A program made the position numbers and the translations under genes. Shown piece after piece: positions 9,076-18,134 of a stretch of 64,000 nt of DNA; positions within the stretch are counted from its first letter, which is position 1, and each line of letters starts with the position of its first letter. Source of the DNA: Methanobacteriota archaeon (lineage in GTDB: Archaea; Thermoplasmatota; Poseidoniia; Poseidoniales; Thalassarchaeaceae); assembly GCA_002722595.1 (NCBI GenBank), contig PBMO01000021.1, forward strand, positions 3,217 through 67,216, in the 5' to 3' direction. Below the pieces are notes generated by a model, which was given only the letters and a program-made list of their open reading frames with translations, had not been told where the DNA came from and searched no databases.

Positions 9076-10011
9076 ATGGAAAGCGACCTCATCACAATGG
9101 CAGATTTAACTAATGAAGAGATATTATCACTTCTTGATGATGCAGAAGAATTACTCCCAGTGGCACATGGTGAGAGGTATCTCCCCCTTTTACAAGGCAA
9201 GTTATTGGCGAACATGTTCTTTGAACCAAGCACTCGCACTCGCATGTCGTTTGAAACTGCGATGAAGCGACTTGGTGGGGATGTAGTTAACCTTGGAGAC
9301 GTCAAGTCATCATCCGCGGTAAAGGGGGAAACACTCTATGACACCATGAGAATGGTTGATGGTTACTGCGACATTGCAGCACTTAGACATCCTCGTCAGG
9401 GGGCTGCTCAGTATGCTGCAGATGCTTGTGAAATCCCAATTATGAATGGAGGAGATGGAGCTGGACAACACCCAACTCAAACTCTTCTCGATTTATTCAC
9501 TATCCGCCAAGCACATGGCCGATTGGATGGTTTGAATGTTGCATTAGTGGGCGACTTAAGATATGGTCGCACAGTTCACAGTTTATCGCATGCTCTTGCA
9601 AGATTCAATAGCAGTCTAGTTTTCATTTCCCCTGAACAATTGCGGATGCCTTCCGAAATCGTTTCTGATTTGACTGCAATGGGTGCCAAAATCGAAGAAA
9701 CATCTGATCTGTATGGGTCAATAACTGATGTAGATGTGATTTACATGACTCGAATCCAAAAAGAAAGATTCCCAGATGAAGATGAATATTCTAAGGTAGC
9801 AGGAATTTACAAATTAACAGCACCTGACCTTTCTGGTGCGAAAAGTGAGATGATTGTCATGCATCCTTTACCACGTGTAAGTGAGATATCTCCGGATGTA
9901 GACTCTACTAGGCATGCTCGTTACTTTGAGCAAGCTTTCAATGGTGTAGTAGCAAGAATGGCTTTGATGTGTAGATTATTGGGTGTAGATGTTCCAAGAG
10001 GTGATGCTTGA
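9076..10011 (+). CDS. pyrB: Aspartate carbamoyltransferase catalytic subunit
   Basis: STRTR, HPTQ and HPLPR motifs are present. The start is placed at MESDLITMADLTNEEI, with GAGGT 14 nt upstream. The ORF opens at 9034. Confidence 0.93.
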   Translation: MESDLITMADLTNEEILSLLDDAEELLPVAHGERYLPLLQGKLLANMFFEPSTRTRMSFETAMKRLGGDVVNLGDVKSSSAVKGETLYDTMRMVDGYCDIAALRHPRQGAAQYAADACEIPIMNGGDGAGQHPTQTLLDLFTIRQAHGRLDGLNVALVGDLRYGRTVHSLSHALARFNSSLVFISPEQLRMPSEIVSDLTAMGAKIEETSDLYGSITDVDVIYMTRIQKERFPDEDEYSKVAGIYKLTAPDLSGAKSEMIVMHPLPRVSEISPDVDSTRHARYFEQAFNGVVARMALMCRLLGVDVPRGDA

Positions 10012-10484
10012 TGTCAGGGGGAGAAATGCGTCGTGTAACTGCGATTAACAATGGCACAGTGATAGATCACGTCCCTGCAGGCGCCGCCCTTTCAGTACTG
10101 CGAATGCTTGGAGTCTCAGAAGATCGCGCGTCCCCAGTCAGCCTTGTTATGAATGTCCCCTCTTCAAAACATGGAAGGAAGGACATCATCAAAGTTGAGG
10201 ATAGGGAACTGACTCAAGACGAATTAGACAGACTAGCCCTCATTGCCCCAAAAGCAAGTGTTGCAATTATTCGTTCATATTCTGTTGCCGAGAAGCGTGT
10301 TGTTACCATTGGAGAGGAACTTGTCAATGTTGCAAGATGCACATTCTCAAATTGTATTACTACAAATCCTCGAGAGCCGCAAGATCACCGAATCCGAGTT
10401 GTAGCCACCGAGCCACTAGAACTACGATGTAGATACTGCGGTCGGCCTCAAGAAATAGCAGACTTAGTCGAGAACCTGATTTGA
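10011..10484 (+). CDS. pyrI: Aspartate carbamoyltransferase regulatory subunit
   Basis: INNGTVIDHV near the N-terminus and the C-terminal Zn site CxxxxC...CxxC (CTFSNC...CRYCG). Its ATG overlaps the pyrB TGA as TGATG. Confidence 0.9.
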   Translation: MSGGEMRRVTAINNGTVIDHVPAGAALSVLRMLGVSEDRASPVSLVMNVPSSKHGRKDIIKVEDRELTQDELDRLALIAPKASVAIIRSYSVAEKRVVTIGEELVNVARCTFSNCITTNPREPQDHRIRVVATEPLELRCRYCGRPQEIADLVENLI

Positions 10485-11495
10485 TTATCCTGAGATCTCT
10501 TTCAACCAAGTCTGGAATGTACAAGCCTGACAAACAGGTTGACTTGAAGGTGAGCCGCAGTTTGAGCATTCTGACGCTTGACCGGATTTCCATGATTTTG
10601 GTGGATTATCGGTAGAACTCCACAGTTTTCTGATTGCGTCCATCGAGTGTACAAGCCCATGCATTGTGCCAGGGTTAGAAGCTTCCATTTCGGCCAAATA
10701 AGCTCTATGTTTCTGTCTCAACGCTCCGGTTGCATGTGGACAATCATCATGGTGTATGGGTAACCCTTCTCCAACAGCATAAGCATGAATTTCCCTCTCG
10801 GGGACCCAGCGCAATGGAACAATCCTAGGGACAAGGCCATCAAGAGGGGTTGATGTGTGGGGCGCTAATCGAATGATGCGCTCCATCTCTCCTTTCCCTA
10901 GATTCATTAGAACTGATTGTGCAGTATCATCCAAGTTATGTCCTAAAGCCATCCACTTTGCACCTACTTTATCTGCTAAGGCGTTCAAACCCTGTCTGCG
11001 GAAAACACCACAATAAGAGCATGGTTTCATACCTCGCGCCTCTTTGTGTAATTTGGATAACTGGGGCATTGATTTGACCACTGCATCCATTCTGTCGAAA
11101 CCTAGGTCTGGATATGCAATCGTTTCGAATCTTAAATTCAGAGACTCAGCAAGAGAACGAGCGCACTCCATTGACGGGGATCGATATCCATCAATTCCTT
11201 CATCAACACAACCACAAACGAGTTCAACATCTCTTCTTGATCCAACTATCTTCACCATCATATCTAAGAGAACAGCAGAATCTTTTCCACCAGAGATACA
11301 CACCAATATCACTGCGGGATTTCCATTTTCATCACGAGCATCAGACGGTAAACCAAGCTGGTTACGGAGTGCCTTTGAAACACGCTTCTTGATTGATTTT
11401 TTCAGATGAAATTGGCACAAATGCTGTCCACTGTATATTTGGTGAATCACAGCATGGTGTTCACAGCGACTACATGATTGCACATCTAATGACAT
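10485..11495 (-). CDS. PP-loop ATPase, tRNA 2-thiolation enzyme of the TtuA/NcsA family
   Basis: SGGKDS PP-loop and a GHNLDD motif. N-terminal (CSRC...CQFH) and C-terminal (CSNC...CQAC) zinc fingers are present. Confidence 0.85.
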   Translation of the reverse strand: MSLDVQSCSRCEHHAVIHQIYSGQHLCQFHLKKSIKKRVSKALRNQLGLPSDARDENGNPAVILVCISGGKDSAVLLDMMVKIVGSRRDVELVCGCVDEGIDGYRSPSMECARSLAESLNLRFETIAYPDLGFDRMDAVVKSMPQLSKLHKEARGMKPCSYCGVFRRQGLNALADKVGAKWMALGHNLDDTAQSVLMNLGKGEMERIIRLAPHTSTPLDGLVPRIVPLRWVPEREIHAYAVGEGLPIHHDDCPHATGALRQKHRAYLAEMEASNPGTMHGLVHSMDAIRKLWSSTDNPPKSWKSGQASECSNCGSPSSQPVCQACTFQTWLKEISG

Positions 11496-11552
11496 GGACG
11501 TTATTGCCGGGCGGCCACCCCTTCTTCAATTCGACCGTTAAATACATTTTAT

Positions 11553-11587
11553 TTTTTCAATTGGAAAATAGATTTTTCAATTGGAAA
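11553..11587. promoter_or_regulatory. Two exact copies of TTTTTCAATTGGAAA spaced 20 bp apart, followed by the TATA-like TTATAAATA (11596-11604)
   Basis: Read directly: copies at 11553-11567 and 11573-11587. Each has a palindromic CAATTG core. They lie in the 286-nt divergent region between the thiolase gene and the Roadblock gene. Confidence 0.45.
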
Positions 11588-11707
11588 TTAAAATATTATA
11601 AATATGTATTCCAATGGCTAATAATTGCTACGAATCATGGGTTCCAAAGTCTTGTAAAACAGTAAAACACAGTATTTTTCAGTTGGCGAATTAAATTCAC
11701 CCACCAA

Positions 11708-11727
11708 ACGGCCCCCAAAGGGGCCGT
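11708..11727 (+). other. GC-rich hairpin ACGGCCCC-CAAA-GGGGCCGT upstream of the Roadblock gene
   Basis: Perfect 8-bp stem read from the sequence, 55 nt upstream of the ATG at 11782. Function unknown; it could be a 5' leader structure or the end of a short RNA. Confidence 0.4.
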
Positions 11728-11781
11728 CAAGGGGCAAGTTCTTGAAGGCGTATTCTGCCTGAGTGAATCTTGAGGATAACT

Positions 11782-12087
11782 ATGTTGAATCGTTTGCTCT
11801 CAAATATTGAGCAAATAGACGCTTGTCTCATCACAGGTGATGGCCACCAGATTAGTGGTGAAGGTGAAGCAAACATCGATCTATTGCACCAAGCAATGAA
11901 GATGGCAGCATCGCTTGAAATAGGACAGGTTGAAGAAATGTGGTTTGAAGGTGAAGACGTTTGTACAGTCAGGACAATCAAAGGAGGTTGCAGTCTTTGG
12001 TTGAGTAGCAAAACACTTCCCGTAGGGCGTCTGAGTCATGAGGCCCGATTTCTGCAACCAGTAATAGAGGATTTAATTGAGGTGTAA
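11782..12087 (+). CDS. Roadblock/LC7 (MglB-like) domain protein
   Basis: The 101-aa protein shows the Roadblock pattern: IDACLITGDGHQISGEG...DLLHQAMKMAASL...EEMWFEGEDVCTVRTIKGGCSLWLSS...VGRLSHEARFL. GAGGAT lies 5 nt upstream of the ATG. The ORF opens at a TTG at 11770. Confidence 0.7.
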   Translation: MLNRLLSNIEQIDACLITGDGHQISGEGEANIDLLHQAMKMAASLEIGQVEEMWFEGEDVCTVRTIKGGCSLWLSSKTLPVGRLSHEARFLQPVIEDLIEV

Positions 12088-12089
12088 AA

Positions 12090-15000
12090 ATGTTTAATCT
12101 ACCCCCTGGAGATAGTGTCGACGCAGAGATCGATTTGAGCGTAGGTCAAAATCAAATACCGTTTGAAAATGGAGCAATATCTCATTTCAAACCGCGAGCA
12201 AAAACTGCTTGTGCGCATCGTTTGGTTTACGGTGGAGAAGTAGTTGGCTGGATGGCTGAAGCGGAAACTAAGCATACTTTTGTCACCGGAGATGCTGCTA
12301 AGGCAAGGTTGCTAGAACTTGCAGATTCACATGATTTACGTGCAACTGCAGTGTCATGGAACATAGCCCAATTCACCCAAGTAGCTAGGCAGATACCAGA
12401 GTCGTTCTCAGACCCCTCACATCTTGCATCACTTCTCGCTCAAGGCTCAGCAGCGTTACCAATTGACACAAAAGATCTCGCACTACTTGTAGACCGGCTA
12501 ACAGAATCGAAGGAAGTTCTTGGGGCATTAGCTTTTGAAGAAGGAGTCGTGATACATCATGCTGGTGAATTGCCATCTACGCCCGAGGACCTTGCAATTA
12601 CCGGCCAAGAACACCTCAGTGGTATATCTGAGAAATTCTCTCAGCCAGAGTCTCTATCTGCCAACTTACGTCTTGAAGGTGGACAACTGATGCTTACAGA
12701 AGCAGGGCAAGCATCTGTTGCAATTTGGTGCCGCCATGGTTCCGATGCTCAAGCAATACTTTCGAATGCGGCCACTTTAGTTGGAGATGCTGAAGAGAAT
12801 TTAGATTTGGATTCTGATGAACTTCCAGCGGGCTTCATCACCAAAGAATCGAAGTCAGGGGTCGACCAACTTCTTTCCCACCTTCGTTTAGCACACGATG
12901 ATAGGGTAACCGGATACATCACCTCTATTTCAGATACTGATGAGCCGATTTTGATTACTCTAGTAGACGGTGTGCCCAATGGAATCAGGGGTACAAGTGG
13001 AAGTGAATTGAGTGATTTAGTGCACACAATGACAACTTCATCTAGAAGGCTACAATCGCATCGATTAGAACGCCGTGCTAAATTAGGTCTGTATGGTTCG
13101 ACAGTGGAAGACTTTTCTTTGGCCCATATGGTTGATACGATATCTAATTGCAGGACTCGTTCTGATGAGAGGAAGAAACTCGTATTAGGGAGGTTAGAAA
13201 CTCTACTTGGTTTTGATTTAGGACTAGAATCGATGGAATCAGGGCGAAGGTCTTGGAAAATCCTCGAGAGCAATGCCACAACTGCTAAGGTAACTTCTGA
13301 TGAACCTGAAGAAGTGGACAATAAAACCAAATTGATGCCAGTATCCAGTGAAAAAGTGCTTACTCCTATTGCAGGAGAAATCAAGAAAAGACTGGAACAA
13401 TTGGAACACAGTCTCATATCCTTAGAGCGTGAGAAAGCAAGATTAGAGCGTGAATTAAGTGATGCTAGAGCAGCACGTGACGATGCTAGGGATGCTAAAC
13501 ATGAATTGGAAGCAGCTCTAGCAGATGCGCGAGACCAACGTAGCGAATTGCACAGAGAAATAGATGATTTATCAGCAAAGGTTAGAACCACACAGATTCA
13601 AAATGATGAGGCGAACTCAATTTCAGACAGACTTTCCAAGAGAATATCAGAATTGGAACATATGGTGGAAAAGAGGGCCGAAGAACTAGCGAGTGCATTA
13701 GGTGAATTCGATTCTCGAGAAGAACTACTTTCTGACTTGAGAGAACTATCAAATCAAGAAGCCACCATAAAGTCAGAATTGAGTGCAGCAGATGTTCGGC
13801 TAGACGAGGTACGTAAGTCACTTGACCATGACGAAAGATTACAGAGAGTATTGACAGAACAAGTGAGTGCACAACGGGATCGTCACCGCACTGGTCAGGC
13901 TGAGATTGACGAATTAGAAAGGAGAATTGAAAGTCAGCGTGCAGAATTGGCTGAACTCGATGCAGAGGGCCATGCCCATCGTCGTTTGATGGAAGAGGAG
14001 AGGGGCCGAATGATGGATTCTGAAAGGAAATCCACCATCATGCAATCTGAACTTCGGGAGATGATGGAAGAGCGTCGGTTATTACTCAGAGAACTTGGTG
14101 ATTTAGATGCGAGGAAGGCCCAATCTGAAACAGAATTACGCATGCTTCTTGAACAAGCTGAAGATTTACAGGAAGCACATGAAATGGCCCTACTTGACTT
14201 ACAGGAAGCAGATCGAATCAGGGCTCGATTAGCAGAAGAACCCCTGGCTCAAGCACTTTTGGGTGATGAACGAGGTCTTTCTAGCCTTGAACCTGTACTT
14301 GACAGAATGGCCAATGCTAGAAGTAGAGGTTACAGTATAGTATTACTCGATCGTGCAGTTGAACGTGCCTTAACCATCGTCCAACATTGTGTTGATGAGG
14401 TCGCTAAAACTCCACGACACCTTCTTTCAATGGAAGTTATGGAGTTGCTAGAAAGACAGGCACCTGAGACGGCATCAACTGTCAGAGGTCTAACTAGATG
14501 GTCAGTACAATCACGTTTGGAGCATCAACTCGCTGAAACAGTACAACATGTTGTTATTGACTTGGAAGGATTGCTAGATGAGTACGAACGTTCAGTGACG
14601 ATGCTTGCGCAAATGCAAGACGTACTCAGAGCACTAGTAGATCTTGGTCTTCCTTCTGAGGACATAAAGCCACTAGAGCGATTTAGTCACATGCCTGAAG
14701 CATTACCATACATATCAGTTGAAGTGCGTCGTTTAATTCAGAAATCTTTGGATGATATCTATCTAGATGCAGATCGACGGAATGCGGGTGATGCGGTTGG
14801 CTTGGCTGAAACTGTGGAAGTGTTAGAATCTCTTCTGAGAAGGCTGGATGTAGCAGGATTGACTGGGGAAGAACCACATGGTTCACTTTGGTCTTTCCAA
14901 AAAACAGGAAGTTTGCCATTTGAAGTGGATGGACTTGCTAGACACGAACGTCCTGAAATTAACACAGAAGCTGTTAGGCATATGAATCCGGTAGAAGACG

Positions 15001-15365
15001 TTTCACAGAGCGATATACCCATTATTCAAGGTAATATTACACCATCTGCTCCATCAACACCCACTATTGAGGAAGCAAGTTCGGCTCCTGCATCTAACTC
15101 AACTTGGCAACCAATTGAAGAAGCATCGGAATCAGACGGTGTCGATATTTCGACGAGAATATCAGTTGGATTGATTCCTTCTGACACTCCCGGTTTGACG
15201 GAAGAGGCTGCGCTGATGGCAGATATTGATATGGCTCTCGCAGAAGTTGATTCAGCATCAGATATGCGTGAAGGTACAGAAAATGGGGTGACTCCCCCTG
15301 CAGATCCGGTTAAGAGAGACGCTCTCGATGATTTAGAGCGCGAACTTTCGGACATCGATATGTGA
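12090..15365 (+). CDS. 1091-aa cytoplasmic giant with a Roadblock-like N-terminal region, about 320-aa coiled coil, helical domain and acidic disordered tail
   Basis: It starts 2 nt after the Roadblock stop, with GAGGTG upstream. The segment VLGALAFEEGVVIHHAGEL...LRLEGGQLMLTEAGQASVAIWC is Roadblock-like. An uninterrupted E/R/L/A/D heptad-like region spans nt about 13360-14330. The tail is S/T/P/D/E-rich. No TM helix or signal peptide is present. Confidence 0.8.
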   Translation: MFNLPPGDSVDAEIDLSVGQNQIPFENGAISHFKPRAKTACAHRLVYGGEVVGWMAEAETKHTFVTGDAAKARLLELADSHDLRATAVSWNIAQFTQVARQIPESFSDPSHLASLLAQGSAALPIDTKDLALLVDRLTESKEVLGALAFEEGVVIHHAGELPSTPEDLAITGQEHLSGISEKFSQPESLSANLRLEGGQLMLTEAGQASVAIWCRHGSDAQAILSNAATLVGDAEENLDLDSDELPAGFITKESKSGVDQLLSHLRLAHDDRVTGYITSISDTDEPILITLVDGVPNGIRGTSGSELSDLVHTMTTSSRRLQSHRLERRAKLGLYGSTVEDFSLAHMVDTISNCRTRSDERKKLVLGRLETLLGFDLGLESMESGRRSWKILESNATTAKVTSDEPEEVDNKTKLMPVSSEKVLTPIAGEIKKRLEQLEHSLISLEREKARLERELSDARAARDDARDAKHELEAALADARDQRSELHREIDDLSAKVRTTQIQNDEANSISDRLSKRISELEHMVEKRAEELASALGEFDSREELLSDLRELSNQEATIKSELSAADVRLDEVRKSLDHDERLQRVLTEQVSAQRDRHRTGQAEIDELERRIESQRAELAELDAEGHAHRRLMEEERGRMMDSERKSTIMQSELREMMEERRLLLRELGDLDARKAQSETELRMLLEQAEDLQEAHEMALLDLQEADRIRARLAEEPLAQALLGDERGLSSLEPVLDRMANARSRGYSIVLLDRAVERALTIVQHCVDEVAKTPRHLLSMEVMELLERQAPETASTVRGLTRWSVQSRLEHQLAETVQHVVIDLEGLLDEYERSVTMLAQMQDVLRALVDLGLPSEDIKPLERFSHMPEALPYISVEVRRLIQKSLDDIYLDADRRNAGDAVGLAETVEVLESLLRRLDVAGLTGEEPHGSLWSFQKTGSLPFEVDGLARHERPEINTEAVRHMNPVEDVSQSDIPIIQGNITPSAPSTPTIEEASSAPASNSTWQPIEEASESDGVDISTRISVGLIPSDTPGLTEEAALMADIDMALAEVDSASDMREGTENGVTPPADPVKRDALDDLERELSDIDM

Positions 15366-15375
15366 GGTATGTGCC

Positions 15376-15624
15376 TTGGCTAATTTTGAAGAAACCCTTA
15401 CTCTCAGGCAGGAGACACATGGTAAGAGTTATCCAAATTGGTTAGAGAAGATAGGTTTCGTAGTTGCGTTATCCCTCTCAATTTATTGTGGCTATTGGCT
15501 TTGGCAGAAATCTGATTTACCCGATATCATATTATGGTTCAGCACATTTTGCCTTCTCCCAATATTCACCCTTCTGTTAGGTGAAACCATCGCTAGGATG
15601 ATACATTTTTCACAGAAATCCTGA
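15376..15624 (+). CDS. Small 2-TM membrane protein (82 aa)
   Basis: TTG start with GAGGT 7 nt upstream, 10 nt after the giant gene. Two hydrophobic helices are present (IGFVVALSLSIYCGYWLW and ILWFSTFCLLPIFTLLLG). Confidence 0.5.
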   Translation: MANFEETLTLRQETHGKSYPNWLEKIGFVVALSLSIYCGYWLWQKSDLPDIILWFSTFCLLPIFTLLLGETIARMIHFSQKS

Positions 15625-15625
15625 A

Positions 15626-16882
15626 TCATGGATTCGAATTGCCTTTCTTGTTTAGAGCGGCTTCGATTAATCCAGAAACCCTTTGCCATGGTACGATATA
15701 TTTGAGTCCAGCTACAAATGTAAGGAACAGCATAGCTGAAATCACTTTACCATAAGTAAGTCGTAATTCTAATGATTCCTTAACTTGACCACTCCACTGC
15801 CCAGAACCAGTCCAACCTACAACATCAATGATGAGGTCATCGAATTTAAGGGCAAGCATTGTCACAAAACCTACTGCGAAAATCACAACGACAGTATGCT
15901 GCATATGTGTATTCAGAATACTTTGGAATTGGCGCACATATTCTGGGTCTTTCTTGCAAGATTCAGGAAGCCGGAATGCATACTCGAGAAACCTGATTGT
16001 TGCATGAGCAGTTTCAGAATATAACATCAACAAAACGGCAACAAGTAGCAATTCCCAAACTTGTCCAGAGATAAGGCCGCCAAGTGTGTCAGTTTCACCG
16101 ATTTGAGTTGGAAGTGGATTCAATCCAGGAGCATTTGGGTTACTCACACTTGAGAGAAGGGCCACGATTCCTTCGTAAGATAGAAGGGCGTACAAACCAA
16201 GGAAAACTAGAATGTATGCCATCGACCAATTAATCATCCGCTTCGATAGGCCCCAAATCCCCATCAAGCCAAATAGGACTGGAGCTAGGTAGAAAAGAAC
16301 GATTAGCAATTGGATATACACAGATAACGGCCAAATCAAATGATTAGCGTGATTGAGTGAATCATCTGCATTTCCAAAGGGCCAATATAGTTCGAATTGA
16401 GTAATCATCCCAAATGTCCATGTTAGAATGAACATTCCAGCAAGGAATAGGATCATTGAACCCAATAATGCAAGTGTAATTTTTCGTCGGCGGGCTGGTG
16501 GCTGGAAGTTCAGTGCCACCCAACCTGCTGCTATCACCATGCAGAGAATAATTGGAACGTAATAGCGTCCATCACCTTGGTTCCCTAGCCCAGTCACCCA
16601 ATTGGGTATAGGTAATTTTTCAAACGCCCCCCCTTCTGAAAAACTCATTTCAATTTGAGCAAGGGTCAGCGTATGATCTAGCGCAGGACACCATTCACCG
16701 CTAGCAATGTAATCTGGATGACAGTAACCAAAGATACGAGTTAAAGTTAGGAACAACCAGATTAGTGCAATACTTGCTACCAGTTGCAAACCAACAACTC
16801 GCCACTCCTTTCTCAGAGTGCGCAGATGAAGGGTAATTAGCCCCTCTTCCTGTTGAGCAACATCTTCTGCCATTTTCACCAC
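15626..16882 (-). CDS. Polytopic membrane protein (about 9 TM), unknown function
   Basis: Hydrophobic helices run throughout. The start lies 1 nt after the DUF58 stop. No recognisable motif. Confidence 0.7.
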   Translation of the reverse strand: MVKMAEDVAQQEEGLITLHLRTLRKEWRVVGLQLVASIALIWLFLTLTRIFGYCHPDYIASGEWCPALDHTLTLAQIEMSFSEGGAFEKLPIPNWVTGLGNQGDGRYYVPIILCMVIAAGWVALNFQPPARRRKITLALLGSMILFLAGMFILTWTFGMITQFELYWPFGNADDSLNHANHLIWPLSVYIQLLIVLFYLAPVLFGLMGIWGLSKRMINWSMAYILVFLGLYALLSYEGIVALLSSVSNPNAPGLNPLPTQIGETDTLGGLISGQVWELLLVAVLLMLYSETAHATIRFLEYAFRLPESCKKDPEYVRQFQSILNTHMQHTVVVIFAVGFVTMLALKFDDLIIDVVGWTGSGQWSGQVKESLELRLTYGKVISAMLFLTFVAGLKYIVPWQRVSGLIEAALNKKGNSNP

Positions 16883-16883
16883 C

Positions 16884-18134
16884 CTACATTTTCACCTGTA
16901 ATAACGCCTGACTAAGTTCTACATCTGGCATCCAGTCAATCACTCTTGCACCATATCCTGCAACTGCAGACAATCTGTTCTGTCTCTCCAATTTCATTAC
17001 TTCATAGGACATTCTTGGTATGCGGCTAACAAGCCGCTCATAATCAATACTTGATGGGCTTAGAACCACAACTTCGTGACCCCGTCCTGCTAAATCACGA
17101 ATTGCGTGGGGAACAGTACCATCTCCTTCAAGGCTTGATATAATGAAAACAGGGCTTCCACGACTAAATCTAGGAGCCAACGAATTAGTAACAGCCTGTA
17201 GTGGCATATCACCTTTAGGTGCTACTCCAGCTAGGCTAGATAGGACCTTGAAATACTGTTTATCCCCTCCGTCTGCTGGCAGATATGAAAGACTGTCATC
17301 ATAAACAGCCAGTGCAATAGCATCCCTTCTCTTGATAAAATATGATGCTAAACTAGCTGCGGCAACAGTTCCCATTTCGAGTGGATTTTTTAGAACAGTT
17401 CCAATTCTACTGATGTCTCGAGAATCAAGGAGGATGAATACATCAGTAACAGCATCCCGGCATTTTTCATTGACCATCATTACCCCTGTACGGGCAAATG
17501 CTTTCCAGTTGATAATCTTGAATGGATCGCCTGGAACATATTCTCTCAGCGAGTAGAATTCAGAACCCGGACCTGGAGTTCTTAGTGTCATTGCACCAGT
17601 GTACATTTTCGGTGTTCGACTGCGAATCATAGCCTCCTCTATTTCACGTACTTGTGGGAATACGATTAACCCCGAACGATGGTCAATATACATCTCTTGG
17701 CTGAATAGGTTGAACGTGTTTCTGTATCGTACAGAGACGGGGCCGAAAGAATAGTGGCCACGTAGGGGGCATCTCAGAACATAACGAATCCTAGTTGTTT
17801 CACCCGGGCCGAGATTGACTCGCATGTAGTTAAGCCCACTTCTGAGTTTCATTTCATGAGGAACATTGTCGAAGACTTCCAGTTGCTGAGTCCTTCTAAA
17901 CGAACTATTTGTGATTGCCAATTCGACATACAAATCATCACCTTTGTACAAATTGTCTGCTGATAATGTTCTAACAATCTCTAGATTTCCATGGCCAGAT
18001 ACCCATGAATTTATTGCAAGGAATGCAATGAACATGAGGCCTAATATCATCAATTGGAAGTTCGCTATCATCATACCAATGAGAACTAAGGAGATTCCAG
18101 ATGTTAGCAACAATGCTGCTTTACGGGTCCACAT
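16884..18134 (-). CDS. DUF58 family protein (vWA-like fold, two N-terminal TM helices)
   Basis: DUF58 signature LREYVPGDPFKIINWKAFARTG. N-terminal helices LLLTSGISLVLIGMMI and LMILGLMFIAFLAINSW. The ATG shares one base with the upstream TAA (TAATG). Confidence 0.8.
   Translation of the reverse strand: MWTRKAALLLTSGISLVLIGMMIANFQLMILGLMFIAFLAINSWVSGHGNLEIVRTLSADNLYKGDDLYVELAITNSSFRRTQQLEVFDNVPHEMKLRSGLNYMRVNLGPGETTRIRYVLRCPLRGHYSFGPVSVRYRNTFNLFSQEMYIDHRSGLIVFPQVREIEEAMIRSRTPKMYTGAMTLRTPGPGSEFYSLREYVPGDPFKIINWKAFARTGVMMVNEKCRDAVTDVFILLDSRDISRIGTVLKNPLEMGTVAAASLASYFIKRRDAIALAVYDDSLSYLPADGGDKQYFKVLSSLAGVAPKGDMPLQAVTNSLAPRFSRGSPVFIISSLEGDGTVPHAIRDLAGRGHEVVVLSPSSIDYERLVSRIPRMSYEVMKLERQNRLSAVAGYGARVIDWMPDVELSQALLQVKM

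Noticed and set aside
11393-11665. 90-aa plus-strand ORF spanning the thiolase gene start and the AT-rich intergenic region
   Set aside because: It is antisense to a well-supported gene start and then reads through AT-rich promoter DNA, giving an F/N/K/Y-rich translation. No RBS is present.
12749-13591. 280-aa minus-strand ORF antisense to the coiled-coil region of the 1091-aa gene
   Set aside because: Its S/L/A-rich composition is the mirror image of GAR/CTN-rich coiled-coil codons. The sense frame is continuous for 3.3 kb with an RBS. This is a shadow ORF.
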